From: Trypanosoma brucei
Taxonomy: Eukaryota
NCBI GenBank assembly: GCA_000002445.1
Contig: CP000070.1
Location: 1,824,001 to 1,888,000, forward strand
Reading direction: 5' to 3'
Length of the DNA: 64,000 bases
Within the stretch, counting starts at the first letter, position 1, and each line of letters opens with the position of its first letter. The notes beneath the pieces are model-generated. The model saw only the letters and a program-made list of their open reading frames with translations. It searched no databases and had not been told where the DNA came from. This document shows, piece by piece, positions 1 through 11,500 of the stretch. The position numbers and the translations under genes are program-made.

Positions 1-2950
1 CTTCCTCTACTATCTTCAGAGACGACCGGAAAATGTCTCCCATCAGTCGCGCATGAATGAGACGCTCCGTAGGTCCGAGTCCCTGCTGAGAATGACTCAC
101 AACAGAGTAGAGATATTTCGCTGCCTCCACAAGCCGTTTTTCCTGTAACAGCACCTCCACAATCTTATCATCGGCACGGAGCCTCACTAACGTATCCATG
201 CCCATCTGCCACCACTCCTCACCCATATCCAGGAAGAGAAGAGCCATGGGTAATTGATCTGTTATGACGGTAGACCGCAGGAAATGCCTCAGAGGACCAC
301 AACCATCGGCGACGTATGGGAAAAGGCGCATGAGGTCCTGCTGAAGTCCACCTATCAGTGTAACACCGGTGCCCACCACACAACGAGCATATTCCAGTAG
401 GGCGTAAAAGAGGTACCGGCAGAAACACAAGTGCGCGGAAGCCGAACCGCTGGTCGAAGCAAGCGACCCCGCATCCATCGCATCCCCTGCGTACGTTTGT
501 GTACCCTCTCTCATGTGACGCATCGCAGAGTCAACCAAAGGAGTAAACACGTCACGCTCTAGTCCAACCTGACCAATGCTTTCCTCAAGTAGTGAAACAT
601 CACGACGATGGGTCGAGGCATGAGACGATGTACATGCCGCAAGGATGTCCTGTATCGTCAGAGAACTCCTGCAGCGCCACGGTGGGCAATACGGCAACGG
701 TCCATCCGTATCCTCCTCCGGAAGCCAATGGCAGAGCGCGGTAAGATTACCCGTAAGTAAAGCCGTACGGCTGAACTCCTGCTGGGGTATCAGAGAATAT
801 GTATCCCTCCCCGGTGTTCCACGTACAGTGGCCTCATGCAACGTGCTGGTTGAGGTTCGCGGACCCTTTATGCCGCATGGTGCCCGCAAGTGGTGATGAG
901 CCGCATGGTGAGCTGTGATTAACTCGAAAGTACGGCCCACAGCAGAAAGGTGTTTCCGCCTCAAAAGCATATCGTACACAAGCGAGTGAACAGCCTTCCC
1001 AGCACAGTACATACGATTAAGATAAAACTGCACACGCTGACAGGGCTGCGACATTACAGCAGCTAATGCAAAGGGATTAACACCAACGAGGCACACGGCA
1101 CCACTGCGGCGGTTGAGCAACAACGGCAGTGCACCAGAGACAAAATCGAGGTTGTAAATCTCATTATCTTCACACGAAATGGGATTGAACTTGTCCACGC
1201 GTTCCCCTGGGTGCAGTGAAAGTGCCGCACTAAGCAGCGGTTGCATAACAGGAATCGCCACTTCTGCCCCGGAAGCATCGTCACACATGCAAATACGGCC
1301 TTTTCTCACGCAGCTATTCCGAACTCTGTTCGCCAGCCATGAAAACCACGAGGACTGCGTGAACATCCTGCGCCCCGCTTGGTCATTCCCCTCTCCTGAA
1401 CTTATCGTATCCGACGAGATAACCCCTGAGCGACGCTGCATTTCAGATTCCCCAACTGAGCCTCGTGCACCAGAAGCGTTGGTATGCCATGAACAGTCAT
1501 GGTTGGCATCCTCTTCCCAATCCTCCTCGCAGTGAAGAATGTCAAATGCTGTCGATACGCCCAAACGCGGGGCATGCAAAACAACAAGATTATCGATCAC
1601 CTGAAGTGCGATCGGCTCTCGACGCATATGCAGTTGGAAGTCAGTGCGCAACACTGCGTGCATCGTGAAAGAACTAACACCCCCGCTCTTTCCATCATCC
1701 GCAGAAGGAACGTAGCGAAACAATGTAACGCCGCTACTCCTCCGTGAAAGGCTACAGACAAACAGCTGCTGGTACAGCGCAAGCAGAACAACAGGATATC
1801 GCACAGGAGGTGCGTTCATACATGCGGCAGCTGGGAGTAGTGAAGAGGCCGTCGTCTCCCGCTCCCCTTCAGCCGCCAGAAAGTTCTCCTCCAGCCTTAA
1901 TGACGGCAGCCTACGAAGCCCCTGTTCTCCCTGAAGCTCAAACACCTTTACGTGCCACGGTTTCAGCATATTAATTGACAGTATAGCCATAGCTGCTGGA
2001 CAGTAGTGCCAGTAGTCTGTGTGCGTCGTGTAGCGGCATAAAAGCACCCAGCCATCTTTGTTTTCAGCACTCTTAGCACCGTACGGTATCCCAAGGAGAT
2101 CTATGCTAATTGACGTGATGCAAAGGATCCGGCGAGTCGAAGGAGTGGCGGACTCACTGCTTTTTGTAGCACACCGCTGCTGCCGGTGCGGGTCACTCGC
2201 CGTAAACGGCGTAAGCAGCAAACCCCGATATGGCGCCTGACTTCCATTATCTCCTCTGTCCCCCCACACATTTTCCACCCAATAAAATGCACAGACGGGG
2301 TAAAAACCTTTGCGGAACCGCAGGTTTCGCGGTTTACACTGATAGGTTGCTATGAGGCTGTTTTCCCACTTGTTCTCCCCTTGCATTTGCAGGTGGCAAA
2401 GAAAGAAGAAAACAGCATCAGTGTTTAAACTAACCGCAATGAGATGAGCCGGGCCCGTAGCATTACTGCACACGGGAATGGGGCAGCGCTTGGCGTGGTG
2501 AATTACTGACTGGTCATCGCTGCTCTTGGGCACAATTCTGAATGAAACGGCGTCACCGCACAGCATGGGGTGGTGCCGCAGCCACTTCTCCTCCTCTGTA
2601 AACCGTTGCTGTTGATGTTTCTGGTCCCCGGGTTGGTCAAGTGAGGTTTCTATCCGATCCGCCGCCCCCTCCTCCTCCTCCTCATGCAACAATAACTGGT
2701 AAAAGCACACCTCGCGAGAATTATCACTGAAAATGACGACGTCATTTGCTACCTCATCAATGTATATTCGCGATACAACAATGTTAGGGGCCCCCTCCAC
2801 GCTACCGCCATTCTTACAGCCATTAGCAGCTGTACCGCTGGCACTGGTTTTGCCTTCGCGAACACCGACAGGACCCCCATGCGTTTTGAAGCGGAATATG
2901 GGCTTCTGGAACACTACGAATGGTGGGGTAGTGGACGCGTTGTACGACAT
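1..2950 (-). CDS. Hypothetical protein, partial; the C-terminus runs off the left window edge (at least 983 codons). Absent from the ORF track because there is no in-window stop
   Basis: I hand-translated the minus strand in the frame whose codons start at plus positions congruent to 2 mod 3. It starts at an ATG (plus 2948-2950, 'cat') just downstream of an in-frame TAG (plus 3053-3055, 'cta'). It stays open with no stop all the way to position 1. The N-terminus reads MSYNASTTPPFVVFQKPIFRF and the visible end reads ...FRSSLKIVEE. A run of about 980 sense codons cannot occur by chance. The sequence is complex, coding-like and GC-rich. The other two minus frames carry only short track ORFs. Confidence 0.6.
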   Translation of the reverse strand, partial: MSYNASTTPPFVVFQKPIFRFKTHGGPVGVREGKTSASGTAANGCKNGGSVEGAPNIVVSRIYIDEVANDVVIFSDNSREVCFYQLLLHEEEEEGAADRIETSLDQPGDQKHQQQRFTEEEKWLRHHPMLCGDAVSFRIVPKSSDDQSVIHHAKRCPIPVCSNATGPAHLIAVSLNTDAVFFFLCHLQMQGENKWENSLIATYQCKPRNLRFRKGFYPVCAFYWVENVWGDRGDNGSQAPYRGLLLTPFTASDPHRQQRCATKSSESATPSTRRILCITSISIDLLGIPYGAKSAENKDGWVLLCRYTTHTDYWHYCPAAMAILSINMLKPWHVKVFELQGEQGLRRLPSLRLEENFLAAEGERETTASSLLPAAACMNAPPVRYPVVLLALYQQLFVCSLSRRSSGVTLFRYVPSADDGKSGGVSSFTMHAVLRTDFQLHMRREPIALQVIDNLVVLHAPRLGVSTAFDILHCEEDWEEDANHDCSWHTNASGARGSVGESEMQRRSGVISSDTISSGEGNDQAGRRMFTQSSWFSWLANRVRNSCVRKGRICMCDDASGAEVAIPVMQPLLSAALSLHPGERVDKFNPISCEDNEIYNLDFVSGALPLLLNRRSGAVCLVGVNPFALAAVMSQPCQRVQFYLNRMYCAGKAVHSLVYDMLLRRKHLSAVGRTFELITAHHAAHHHLRAPCGIKGPRTSTSTLHEATVRGTPGRDTYSLIPQQEFSRTALLTGNLTALCHWLPEEDTDGPLPYCPPWRCRSSLTIQDILAACTSSHASTHRRDVSLLEESIGQVGLERDVFTPLVDSAMRHMREGTQTYAGDAMDAGSLASTSGSASAHLCFCRYLFYALLEYARCVVGTGVTLIGGLQQDLMRLFPYVADGCGPLRHFLRSTVITDQLPMALLFLDMGEEWWQMGMDTLVRLRADDKIVEVLLQEKRLVEAAKYLYSVVSHSQQGLGPTERLIHARLMGDIFRSSLKIVEE

Positions 2951-2955
2951 GCCTA

Positions 2956-3052
2956 TGGAAAAAAGCGAAACAAAAAAAAAAGCGGCAACAACAATAACAA
3001 AAATGAAAGCAACCAAAAATGAGTTGCTACTGGCGCTGCGGCCTAAAAGACC
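2956..3052 (-). promoter_or_regulatory. Candidate polypyrimidine tract and trans-splice acceptor region upstream of the left-edge gene. The plus strand is A-rich here, so the minus strand is T-rich
   Basis: Plus 2960-3020 is dominated by A and AAC runs (aaaaaaaaaagcggcaacaacaataacaaaaatgaaagcaaccaaaaatg). This gives a U/C-rich tract on the transcribed minus strand immediately 5' of the first ATG. Kinetoplastid trans-splicing uses such tracts. Confidence 0.3.
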
Positions 3053-3733
3053 CTATTATTTCTTTTCCCGCTTGCTGCTGTTAACGGGGGGTAGTTTCTT
3101 TTTCTTTTTCTCTCCCTCTGGGGGAAAGAGCGGGGATTCTTGACCTTCTCTCCCTCACACTTCTCTTTGCGACCTTTTCTTCCACCAGCGCACTCTGAAG
3201 CCAGTAGGAATTACTGATTGCAACATTGTGTTACGGGAAATGGGGAGACATGTACAAGTGTGTGTGGGTGTTTAAGCACAAAAGGGAAAGAATAGAGAGA
3301 AAACGGGCAGCAGTAGTAACCAGAGCGGTAAACGACAGACGACCAAAAAAAAAAAAACGAACGAACATGGGTATGCAAAAGCATTCAACAAGAGGCTCAC
3401 AGTAAAGAACCCCACCAACATGTTAAGTGCAAAAGCAGGGTTAGGGGGCGTGAAGACACGCTTCCTAACCTTCGCTAAAGAAATAACAGAGAAAAATAAA
3501 CTTCTGTTTTTTTTTTATTTAAAGAAAACAAAGACTAGCGGAAAAGTGTTATTAGACAAACGCTGCGCAGTGTATGAACCATACCCAAGACCACAAAAAC
3601 AAGACGTATCTTCACGTACGTGTATGTGTGCCCGCACCTAGGCATCTGCCCGAGCATCAACGTGTTTGTCATTACACGAAGGTATAGAAGAAAACATATG
3701 TGTACCAGACAAATGACGCATTACTTTTGTCAA

Positions 3734-4507
3734 CTAATAACTTAACTCACGTTTGAGGAAGGATTTGGGGCTCGTCAGCCAAGCCATATCATAGCTCTGT
3801 GACGACATAATGGCGTACAAAAACAGCATAGAGCATGTCGCCGGTGCAGTCATTGTATGAAACAGAATATCGAATGAGAGGGAAAGCAGGAACGCTGTTG
3901 TGAGCACTGGGAAGGCAGCGTAAAAGCGCCCCACCATGTAGCAACCACAGCAAAGCAGAAACACCTGAAACGCACCAGGAGTACGCCACCGGACCCAACT
4001 CCAGTATCGAGGCATCTCATCGACATTCCGTGCCATCCATTCGGGAAGAAACTTGTAGTAAAAATATTGCGTGTCACTTACTAAGTTACGATAGCGACGG
4101 TCTATGGTGGGGCTCTTTGTAATGATTTCGTATGCTTTATTGATCTGATTCAACCTCGATATGTCGCCGACACGATTTGGCTCCAGATCGGGGTGGACCT
4201 CACGCATAAGCTCATGGTAACGCAACCGTACCATATGAGTGGAAGCCCCGGGCTTCAAGCCAAGTACCCGCCACGGGTCATAACCCTCCGCCTCATACGC
4301 GGGTGTCTCTTCATTCGCCTGATCCGAACCCGACCTGCCTGATATATTTTTCAACACATCCTCCTCGCGTGGTTTACGACTATGGCGGGAGCTCTCAATA
4401 TCAGCAGGGACGCTGCCGTACGGAACTCCGCTGCCTCTACGGTAAATATGACCAATACACCCACATGGCATGGCGACGCGAGGGCGCCGTAATGCCACGC
4501 GCCACAT
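3734..4507 (-). CDS. DnaJ (J-domain) protein with C-terminal hydrophobic/transmembrane segments
   Basis: ATG start verified (plus 4505-4507 'cat'). The J-domain reads DPWRVLGLKPGASTHMVRLRYHELMREVHPDLEPNRVGDISRLNQINKAYEII and includes the diagnostic HPD tripeptide. The C-terminal half has hydrophobic stretches (FQVFLLCCGCYMVGRFYAAFPVLTTAFLLSLSF; LFLYAIM). Confidence 0.7.
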   Translation of the reverse strand: MWRVALRRPRVAMPCGCIGHIYRRGSGVPYGSVPADIESSRHSRKPREEDVLKNISGRSGSDQANEETPAYEAEGYDPWRVLGLKPGASTHMVRLRYHELMREVHPDLEPNRVGDISRLNQINKAYEIITKSPTIDRRYRNLVSDTQYFYYKFLPEWMARNVDEMPRYWSWVRWRTPGAFQVFLLCCGCYMVGRFYAAFPVLTTAFLLSLSFDILFHTMTAPATCSMLFLYAIMSSQSYDMAWLTSPKSFLKRELSY

Positions 4508-5564
4508 GGAATGTATAAACTTATGAGTAAATAGATAATAAAATAATGTGTACGGACAATTTTACTTGTGGTCGGTGGTTTTAATTACACGGTGGCGCCT
4601 TTGATTAAGTAACTAAGCGCACGAAGGGAAATCTCTTCACACGGTTTCTTTTTTTTTCCTTCTCGCCACTTCCTTTCCTTCGTTTTAACGTGTCAGTCAA
4701 CTCCCCGTTTAAACGAGCTGCGGAGACACGTAATAGAAGCTTGCGTGAATGACCCTTGTACTCAAGTGTAGAGCTAAGAAGCGTGCTCGTTGGCGCTCTA
4801 AAAAAAAAAAATTACGCCTCCACTTTGCTACTAGCAGCACGTCTCACTGTGCCCTTTTTTTTATTTAAAAAATCTTTTTGGAGGAAAAATCAGTTAAAGG
4901 TGGTGAAAGAATCAACGGCAGAGGGCGATGTATTTTTGTTTGACGTGCTTCGCATACGCACACACACGTGAACCTTGGTCACAAGTGGGAGAAGAACTTT
5001 AAGTGGATGACGGACATGTGTGCAACCTTCGGCAGTAAAATTATAACCTCAAAATAAATGGGTGTGCTTCACTCTTAGCGACGTCACCGCCAACAAAAAG
5101 AACACACGCACAAGCGCTACACCCCACCTCACGCCTTCCCATCGACGAAAAAAAATGTTCGTTGGGCACAAACATTAGTGTACACTTGCGTACACACCAA
5201 CATGCGCACACTTATTACTCGCAGACATTATCGTGGCGCACAACTTAAAAGCAGGAAGAGTGAGAGAGAGAGAGGTGTGTGTATATATAAATATATAAGT
5301 AAATGTTACATTCCGCCTCCGGCCACCCTACAACCGAGAGAGTGAAAACAACCAGACAAAGAGTAGGTGTGGCAAGTGCACACTCACACAAACATACAGC
5401 CCCATTCCAAAGCGCTCCACCACACAATTAACGTTAACGTCACCTTTTCCCTTTGGTACTTCCCCTTTCAGTCCTTCGTTGCCGGAATCTGCCTAACCTG
5501 CAAAGACGAAAGCACTCAAACTAGGCCACCTACGCAATCACCCAACAATATTGAGTCAAAGTAA

Positions 5565-8500
5565 CTACAAAATGAAGGTCCACAGAAGCCCGTGTATAAT
5601 CATTACAATGGCAGTTGCCAACCGCCGCTCATGATACAGCACAAATGCCCACAACGAGAGAACCAATGACACCCAGAGCCATTCCACTAACGGGCACAAG
5701 AACAGTAAAGCCACAAACAACATGGTAGTTAGTCCTATGCTTGCCGTATGAAGGTCCTGCGGACTGCGGAGAAGGAGCAAACGTCTCACTGGCAATTGCT
5801 GAAGCGCAGCGTAGCCCACAACAGCTGTAACCACATGATGTAAAAGAAGCAGTGGGTAATATATGAGCCCCCACAAGATTCGATACCAACTCGCGTACGG
5901 AGCCCCAGCATACGGCTCTTCCATAAGAAGAAGGCTGTGAGTAAAACTGACTACGGAACACTGCGGGTCGAGGTTTACCTGCGAAGGGGTCCCATCTCCC
6001 CTCGTTGACGAGTGTGGAATGGCAGGAACACATACTTTCAGGAACACGGAACCATTCACTGCGAGCGCTCCGCCGCTTTGGGGCTCATCACGTACGTAAT
6101 CGTGCACGCTATGTACGTGCGCCCGGCCGTAACGAACAAAATCGGCTGCCATCATCGCGTAAGCCCGAGCCGCCGCAGACGTGTTAACGTTAAACATAAT
6201 CTCCGGTATCATCTCCTCCCCCTGTGCCGTTTTAACATGCGTTTGCTTCAGCAGATGCCCTAAAGGCACGGAAACGCTGGTGAGTATGGCGGCAGGCCGA
6301 CGCGCGAGCGGTACCTCCCCACCAAGCATATCACGCAAACTATACACCACCAGCTCCATAACCAAGAAGGGTTGAACGCCCTGGTTATTCCAACTATGCC
6401 ATAGGGAGCGGAGAGCCACTAAAGCAGCGGTAGGGCACATGGTCGTGAAGCGCCACTCACGAGGCACAACCGCCGCGTCATAGAATGGGATCCGAAGCGG
6501 GGCAGAGAACGTAGACCTAGCAGGCTGTGACGACTGCAAATACCGTGTTTGTAGCATGGATGGCGACGACCACAGACCAGTGAGATCACCCGCAACAAAG
6601 AATGTGCTGTCGGCAAGTAGACAGCCTTGGCACTCTGTGGCTATGCCAGGAACAGCGAAGAGAATCTCCTCAATAGTACTGAAGGGACGAATTGGGGGAA
6701 GCAAGTTGGTACCATCGTCCACTACAAGCGAAGCACCCATGTAATACTTGTCATGCGTTCCGCTGCTCAATGTATCCTTCTGCATGTTTCGCTCAGAAGT
6801 AATGCGTACACCGATGAATGTGTCATTGTAGCGATAGATGAGCCGCTGTTGTTGTCCGTTCCCGGGGTCCTTAAGAACCTCAGAGAAAAAGTAACTGACA
6901 AAATGGGAACGGTAAACGCCACCTTGCTGCAGAAACAGGTGGTGGACACTGTCAAAACTGTGATGCTCCACAATGCTGAAACTGTTCAGTAACGCCACAC
7001 TATGTGGAGAACGCTTGCGCTTTCCAACGCCCGCACGGCTCCGTCCCTCGCTTTGCCCCGGTCGCAACCGTCTCGTGTTCAACGAAGACCCAGCATTAAC
7101 AACAGCCCATCCGCCCGATCCTTCGACGATTGGTGCATTACTGTCATCATCAGCATCGTAATCATCAGAACTGTAACCGTAGTCACCCGGATTGGCAGCA
7201 CCCTCTTCATCTTCACCCACGTGTTCGTTCCAAGTGTCCCCAATGAGTTCAACACCGAGCTCCACGCCTTTACGTCGCATATCAGCCTCACACAATAGCA
7301 GGGGGCGTTTCCTTCCCGTTGCCGCCCAAACCACCGGAAGGGAATCACCTTGAGAGGGTAGTGATCGCAGGTGCAGCAGCGCCAACGTAGGTCGAACCTC
7401 CACCACAAACGAAATAGTGGTCCGCCCTTGGGTGTGACTATCTTGTACAAGGGCATCACGCATTGTGATGCGGAGCAGTCGGGGAAGTTGAAGCCGCTTC
7501 AACAGCTGCCCACTTTCCTGCTGCTCGTTGTACTCAATCGGACTCAGCATCTGAAACGAAGGGCAAGGAGACAGCTGCAGCCGCAAATGCTTGCGTGTCG
7601 CAGAATCAACGCTCACATCCATCCCGGCACGCATCTGTGCCAAACAAGAGGCGAGGCCCACGCCTGCCGTAGAGCCCTCTGGGCCACCGCCCTCCTCTAT
7701 GACATCAGGATTCTGCAGCTCCTCTAACAAAACATTCTGCGGAGGAAACGCGCCTCCACTAACGAACCTTGTGCCGCTTACATTAATAAAAATGGTCGGA
7801 ACTCGCCCCTCAACCTCGCACTGCTTAATCGCTGGTGGCGACGCCCCCACCGCTGGCGGTTCGTCCATTACCTCAACACGGGAAAACAGCACGAGCGAAG
7901 CGGGCGCAGTGGATGTGACTGAAATGTTTGTTCCACATATCAAATCCTTGTGTAGAGCCGTCCGAAGAAATAAGTTGTGGGGAACCGAGAATGAAGCGTA
8001 GTAAGGTAACTTAACTCGGATGGCGTACACACCCTCACCCGTTACGCCCTCGTACAAACGTGCAGCGGCCACGAAGCGCTCCTCCGCTGTCATGGCAGCA
8101 GTTGCCGCAGTGAGCACCAGTTGTTGTTGCTGCTGAGCATGCTGCCGATCTTTTTCAGCCTTTTCCCGTCGTGCTTTTTCGATCTCATCAAGTTGACTCT
8201 TTGTTATTCTTCGGCGGGCGAGCGCCTGCTGCACTTCTGGTCGCAACCCCGTCACGTCAATACCCTCACGCGTGAGACGGAATTCCTCTCGTAGCGCTTT
8301 TAGTTGCTGTTCGACCACCTCCTGAGACACAAACTTCTGTTCCTTCGAAGGAACGAAGCTGGCACGCCGAGAACGCAGAGTGGATTCCGTATCATCAGGA
8401 AGTCTAAGAAGCTGCTCGAGCGAAGCAAAAAGTGGTTCGCATGTCACCTCAGCGCCGCCCACGTGGCGAACGTACTCTTCCCACTCGGGGGCAGTCCCCC

Positions 8501-11500
8501 CCGCGGCCCCGTCAGGATGGTTGACCTCAGTCCAATACGTAAGCACCTCCGACCCGCGCAGTGTACCACGGACACATTTGGCAAGGAAGCTCTCCATCAC
8601 CTCCCGCTCCTGATGGTGATCGTGACTACCTTCTCCCTTTTGACCAGCATATGGATGTGAAGACGTGGCGTGAAGAAAACTCGCCATGCGCCCTGGCTGA
8701 CTTCGGTCCAAGTGAAAGACGACGTCCACCGACCTGCTACCATTCTTCATTCCCGCCCCCCTGTCTGTCGCATTGCTCCTCTCCCAGTGCATATACGTCC
8801 TTTCACTAATATCCAACTCGGAGGCAACAATATCAGCAACGCCCAGCTGACCAAGCAATGGCCGCATTGCCCGATCCTCACGCACGAGGGTGGAGGGGTT
8901 CATAAAAGGCAAAAATTTTGACAGCCCATCAGATGCCTCAGCAGCAGGACGGGAGCGGAAGCGAAACCATGACGAATCCTCAGCCGACCCACCAACGCTC
9001 CAGGTAGAAGCCCCCTCAATCACTTCGCTCGGTACAAAATCCCCCCCAGTGTGATGGCATGGTTGTGACATGCTGAGGTGCTCCTGGGCGAGGAAAAGGT
9101 GATGCGATACCTCTTTCGACTGCAAGTGATGTTCTGTTGCTATGACAGTAAAGGAAATGCACTGTCTTGAGTTATCAACCTTGATGTCGGACCAGCGCGT
9201 GGTGCGTGCAACCCACCATGGTAACGAGCAGCCACTGGCCGTAAGCCGCTCAGCACTACTCTTAATAGAATTCTCAAAGTCACCGGGTGCGACAAGGTGC
9301 ACACCCAAATTCGACGACGAGGGCTTCTCCTGGGCCGCTACAGCATTAGAGGAGCTTGCTGGTTTAATACCTTCCGCATGAAGGCAGATAGAAAAGCGAC
9401 CGCGTCCAGAGTACGCGTCGCATTCGTGATCTAGTGTGGTATTCACTGAGAGAAATGCAGAAACACGCTCAATTGTCAGCAGTCGCTGTTGTACAAATGG
9501 GCAACGTTTCCTCAGCATAGCCCCAAACAACCGAGGTGATGCGTGAAGCTCATACTGCAAATGGGTGGTGCCAACCGGAAGATTCCCCACGAATAAGGCT
9601 GTCTCCTCCGGTGCATCTTCCGACCTTCCACTATTGTTCCCTCCGCCACCAATACCGCTTGTAGTCTGATTTTTATAGACGCGACCGACTCGTAAGGTTG
9701 GATCGCGAGCTGACAGTAAAGCTGACGCCCTACGGTCAGCGGGCTCTACGAGCACCCAGCCTAATGTTGAGCCCGTGATGAGCATCTCAACACTACTCGA
9801 CAATGTCACAAGGCGAGTTGTGCGAAGGTTTTCCGTTAAAACCAGCAGCCGCACCGTGTCATAATCCACCAAAATACCAGGTTGACCCTTCTGCCTTCGT
9901 TCATCGTCATCCGTTGTGCGTGCGCTGGCATATACGGACCAGCGTACGGTGACAATACCAAACGGAAGCCCCTTCACCACAGTGTGGGGACTGCTAACAT
10001 CCTCAAACTTAATACCACTAAAGTTCGTCTCGTCTGTCAGCGTAATGTTGTCCGCCGTTTGCACTGACACCACTTCCCACCTCGTAGTAAAGCTACAATT
10101 AATGGCTTGTGGTAGTGGGGCCGCGGTGAGTACAGCCGTGTCCCCACATACAGTCAACTCATTCTCCAACACTCGTGCGTGTGTCACATGCAAAGTTTCG
10201 GTGACGGTGACGTTGGGGCACACGTTGGGATGGACAGGATCAAGGTGCTGGTGAGACAACGTGTACATTCCTGGAACTCGAATGTTATTCAGAAGGACAG
10301 TCGCACCACCGGCACCGCGAAGGATCGCACGGGGGTGCGGTTGACGCAGCGGGATAATCTGTATCGAATCCAAAAGCCGCTGCGTACCGACTGAGGTGGT
10401 TTCCGCCGGCACGACAGTAACTGCCCGCCACTGCGATGTGCGACCATCAGCTGGAGCGTCAACATGCAAAACGGCACGCTTCCCTACAATCCAATGTGTT
10501 CTCATTCCGGCTGCCGAGCTTTGGTGCTTACCCAGCGGTTCTCCACCTTCTTTTCCTGCTGTTGTGCGTGATTGGGACCCAAAGGAATTACTCTGTCGTC
10601 CAGAGCGCCGCATCGGGCAGTTACCAGGGGCCCAATTGTCGCTCAACACACTGAAGTTCAAAGTTACGGGCGCCGGATGTACACGCTTTAGCATAAATGT
10701 CTCGGACTCCAAAGTTTCGGTTAGTGCATTGTACACTGTGAGTTTGCACGGAGTAGCACCCGCTGAACCTTGATACAGAATTGAAAACGTTGGGCTGCGC
10801 TTCTCCACCATCATCACGCCATCAGCAGTATTGCTGTCAGTGCTGGACCGCCCAGTAGCAGTATTTTCACACGTCCATGTAAAGTCGTAGTGGTATTTTG
10901 TGTGGAGCCACGGATGACGAGAAAAGTTAAAAGTGGATTCGCAGAACGCGATGTCGCGCACACCAATCACATCCACCAAACCACGTGGGTTGAGGGCAAG
11001 AAACGAAATATTCCCGGGCCGCGAAAGACACATTCCACGGCGCGCAAACTCTGCAGCAGCGCCCTTCCGAGAAGGCAGTTCAGCCGCTGCGGCAACGGCA
11101 GCTAAAGACAGTCGTACATTATACTGAAACGGGTAGTTCGAGCTGTTACTGAGCCCATGAAGCTGCATATATTGTCCTGTCTGCGAGTTGTTGTGTGAAA
11201 AGCGGGCATCACATTCACGATCAATGTTGTAATCGCGGTGGTGTCTTTCCATCTCCCAGTACGCTGCTTCGTCACTAAATATACCTTCATTGTTATCCTT
11301 CCCATTGGAGCCGTGTTCGTGCGAGCCACTGACACCAACAGTGGGTGGGCGGACGAAGCGGCGAAGCAGCAACGGTCCAGCAGTGGTGGCAGCGGCGCTA
11401 TCGTCGGGATCGGTGAAGGTATTGGGTTCGTCACTCTTCCCACTTCTATCGTCACTTACCGCAAGCCCTGTCCGTGCAAAGTGACTTGCCGTCACGTGCA

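Noticed and set aside
1-2950. Initial impression that the first 3 kb is an ORF-less pseudogene or a convergent strand-switch region, and might harbour tRNAs
   Set aside because: Hand translation shows one intact 983-codon minus-strand frame (see features and findings). No tRNA-like sequence was found in 2950-3740 or 4500-5565.
2781-3445. Single TTAGGG-like hexamers (gttagggg at about 2783; gggttaggggg at about 3435) suggestive of telomeric repeat
   Set aside because: Only isolated single copies, not arrays. The first lies inside a coding region.
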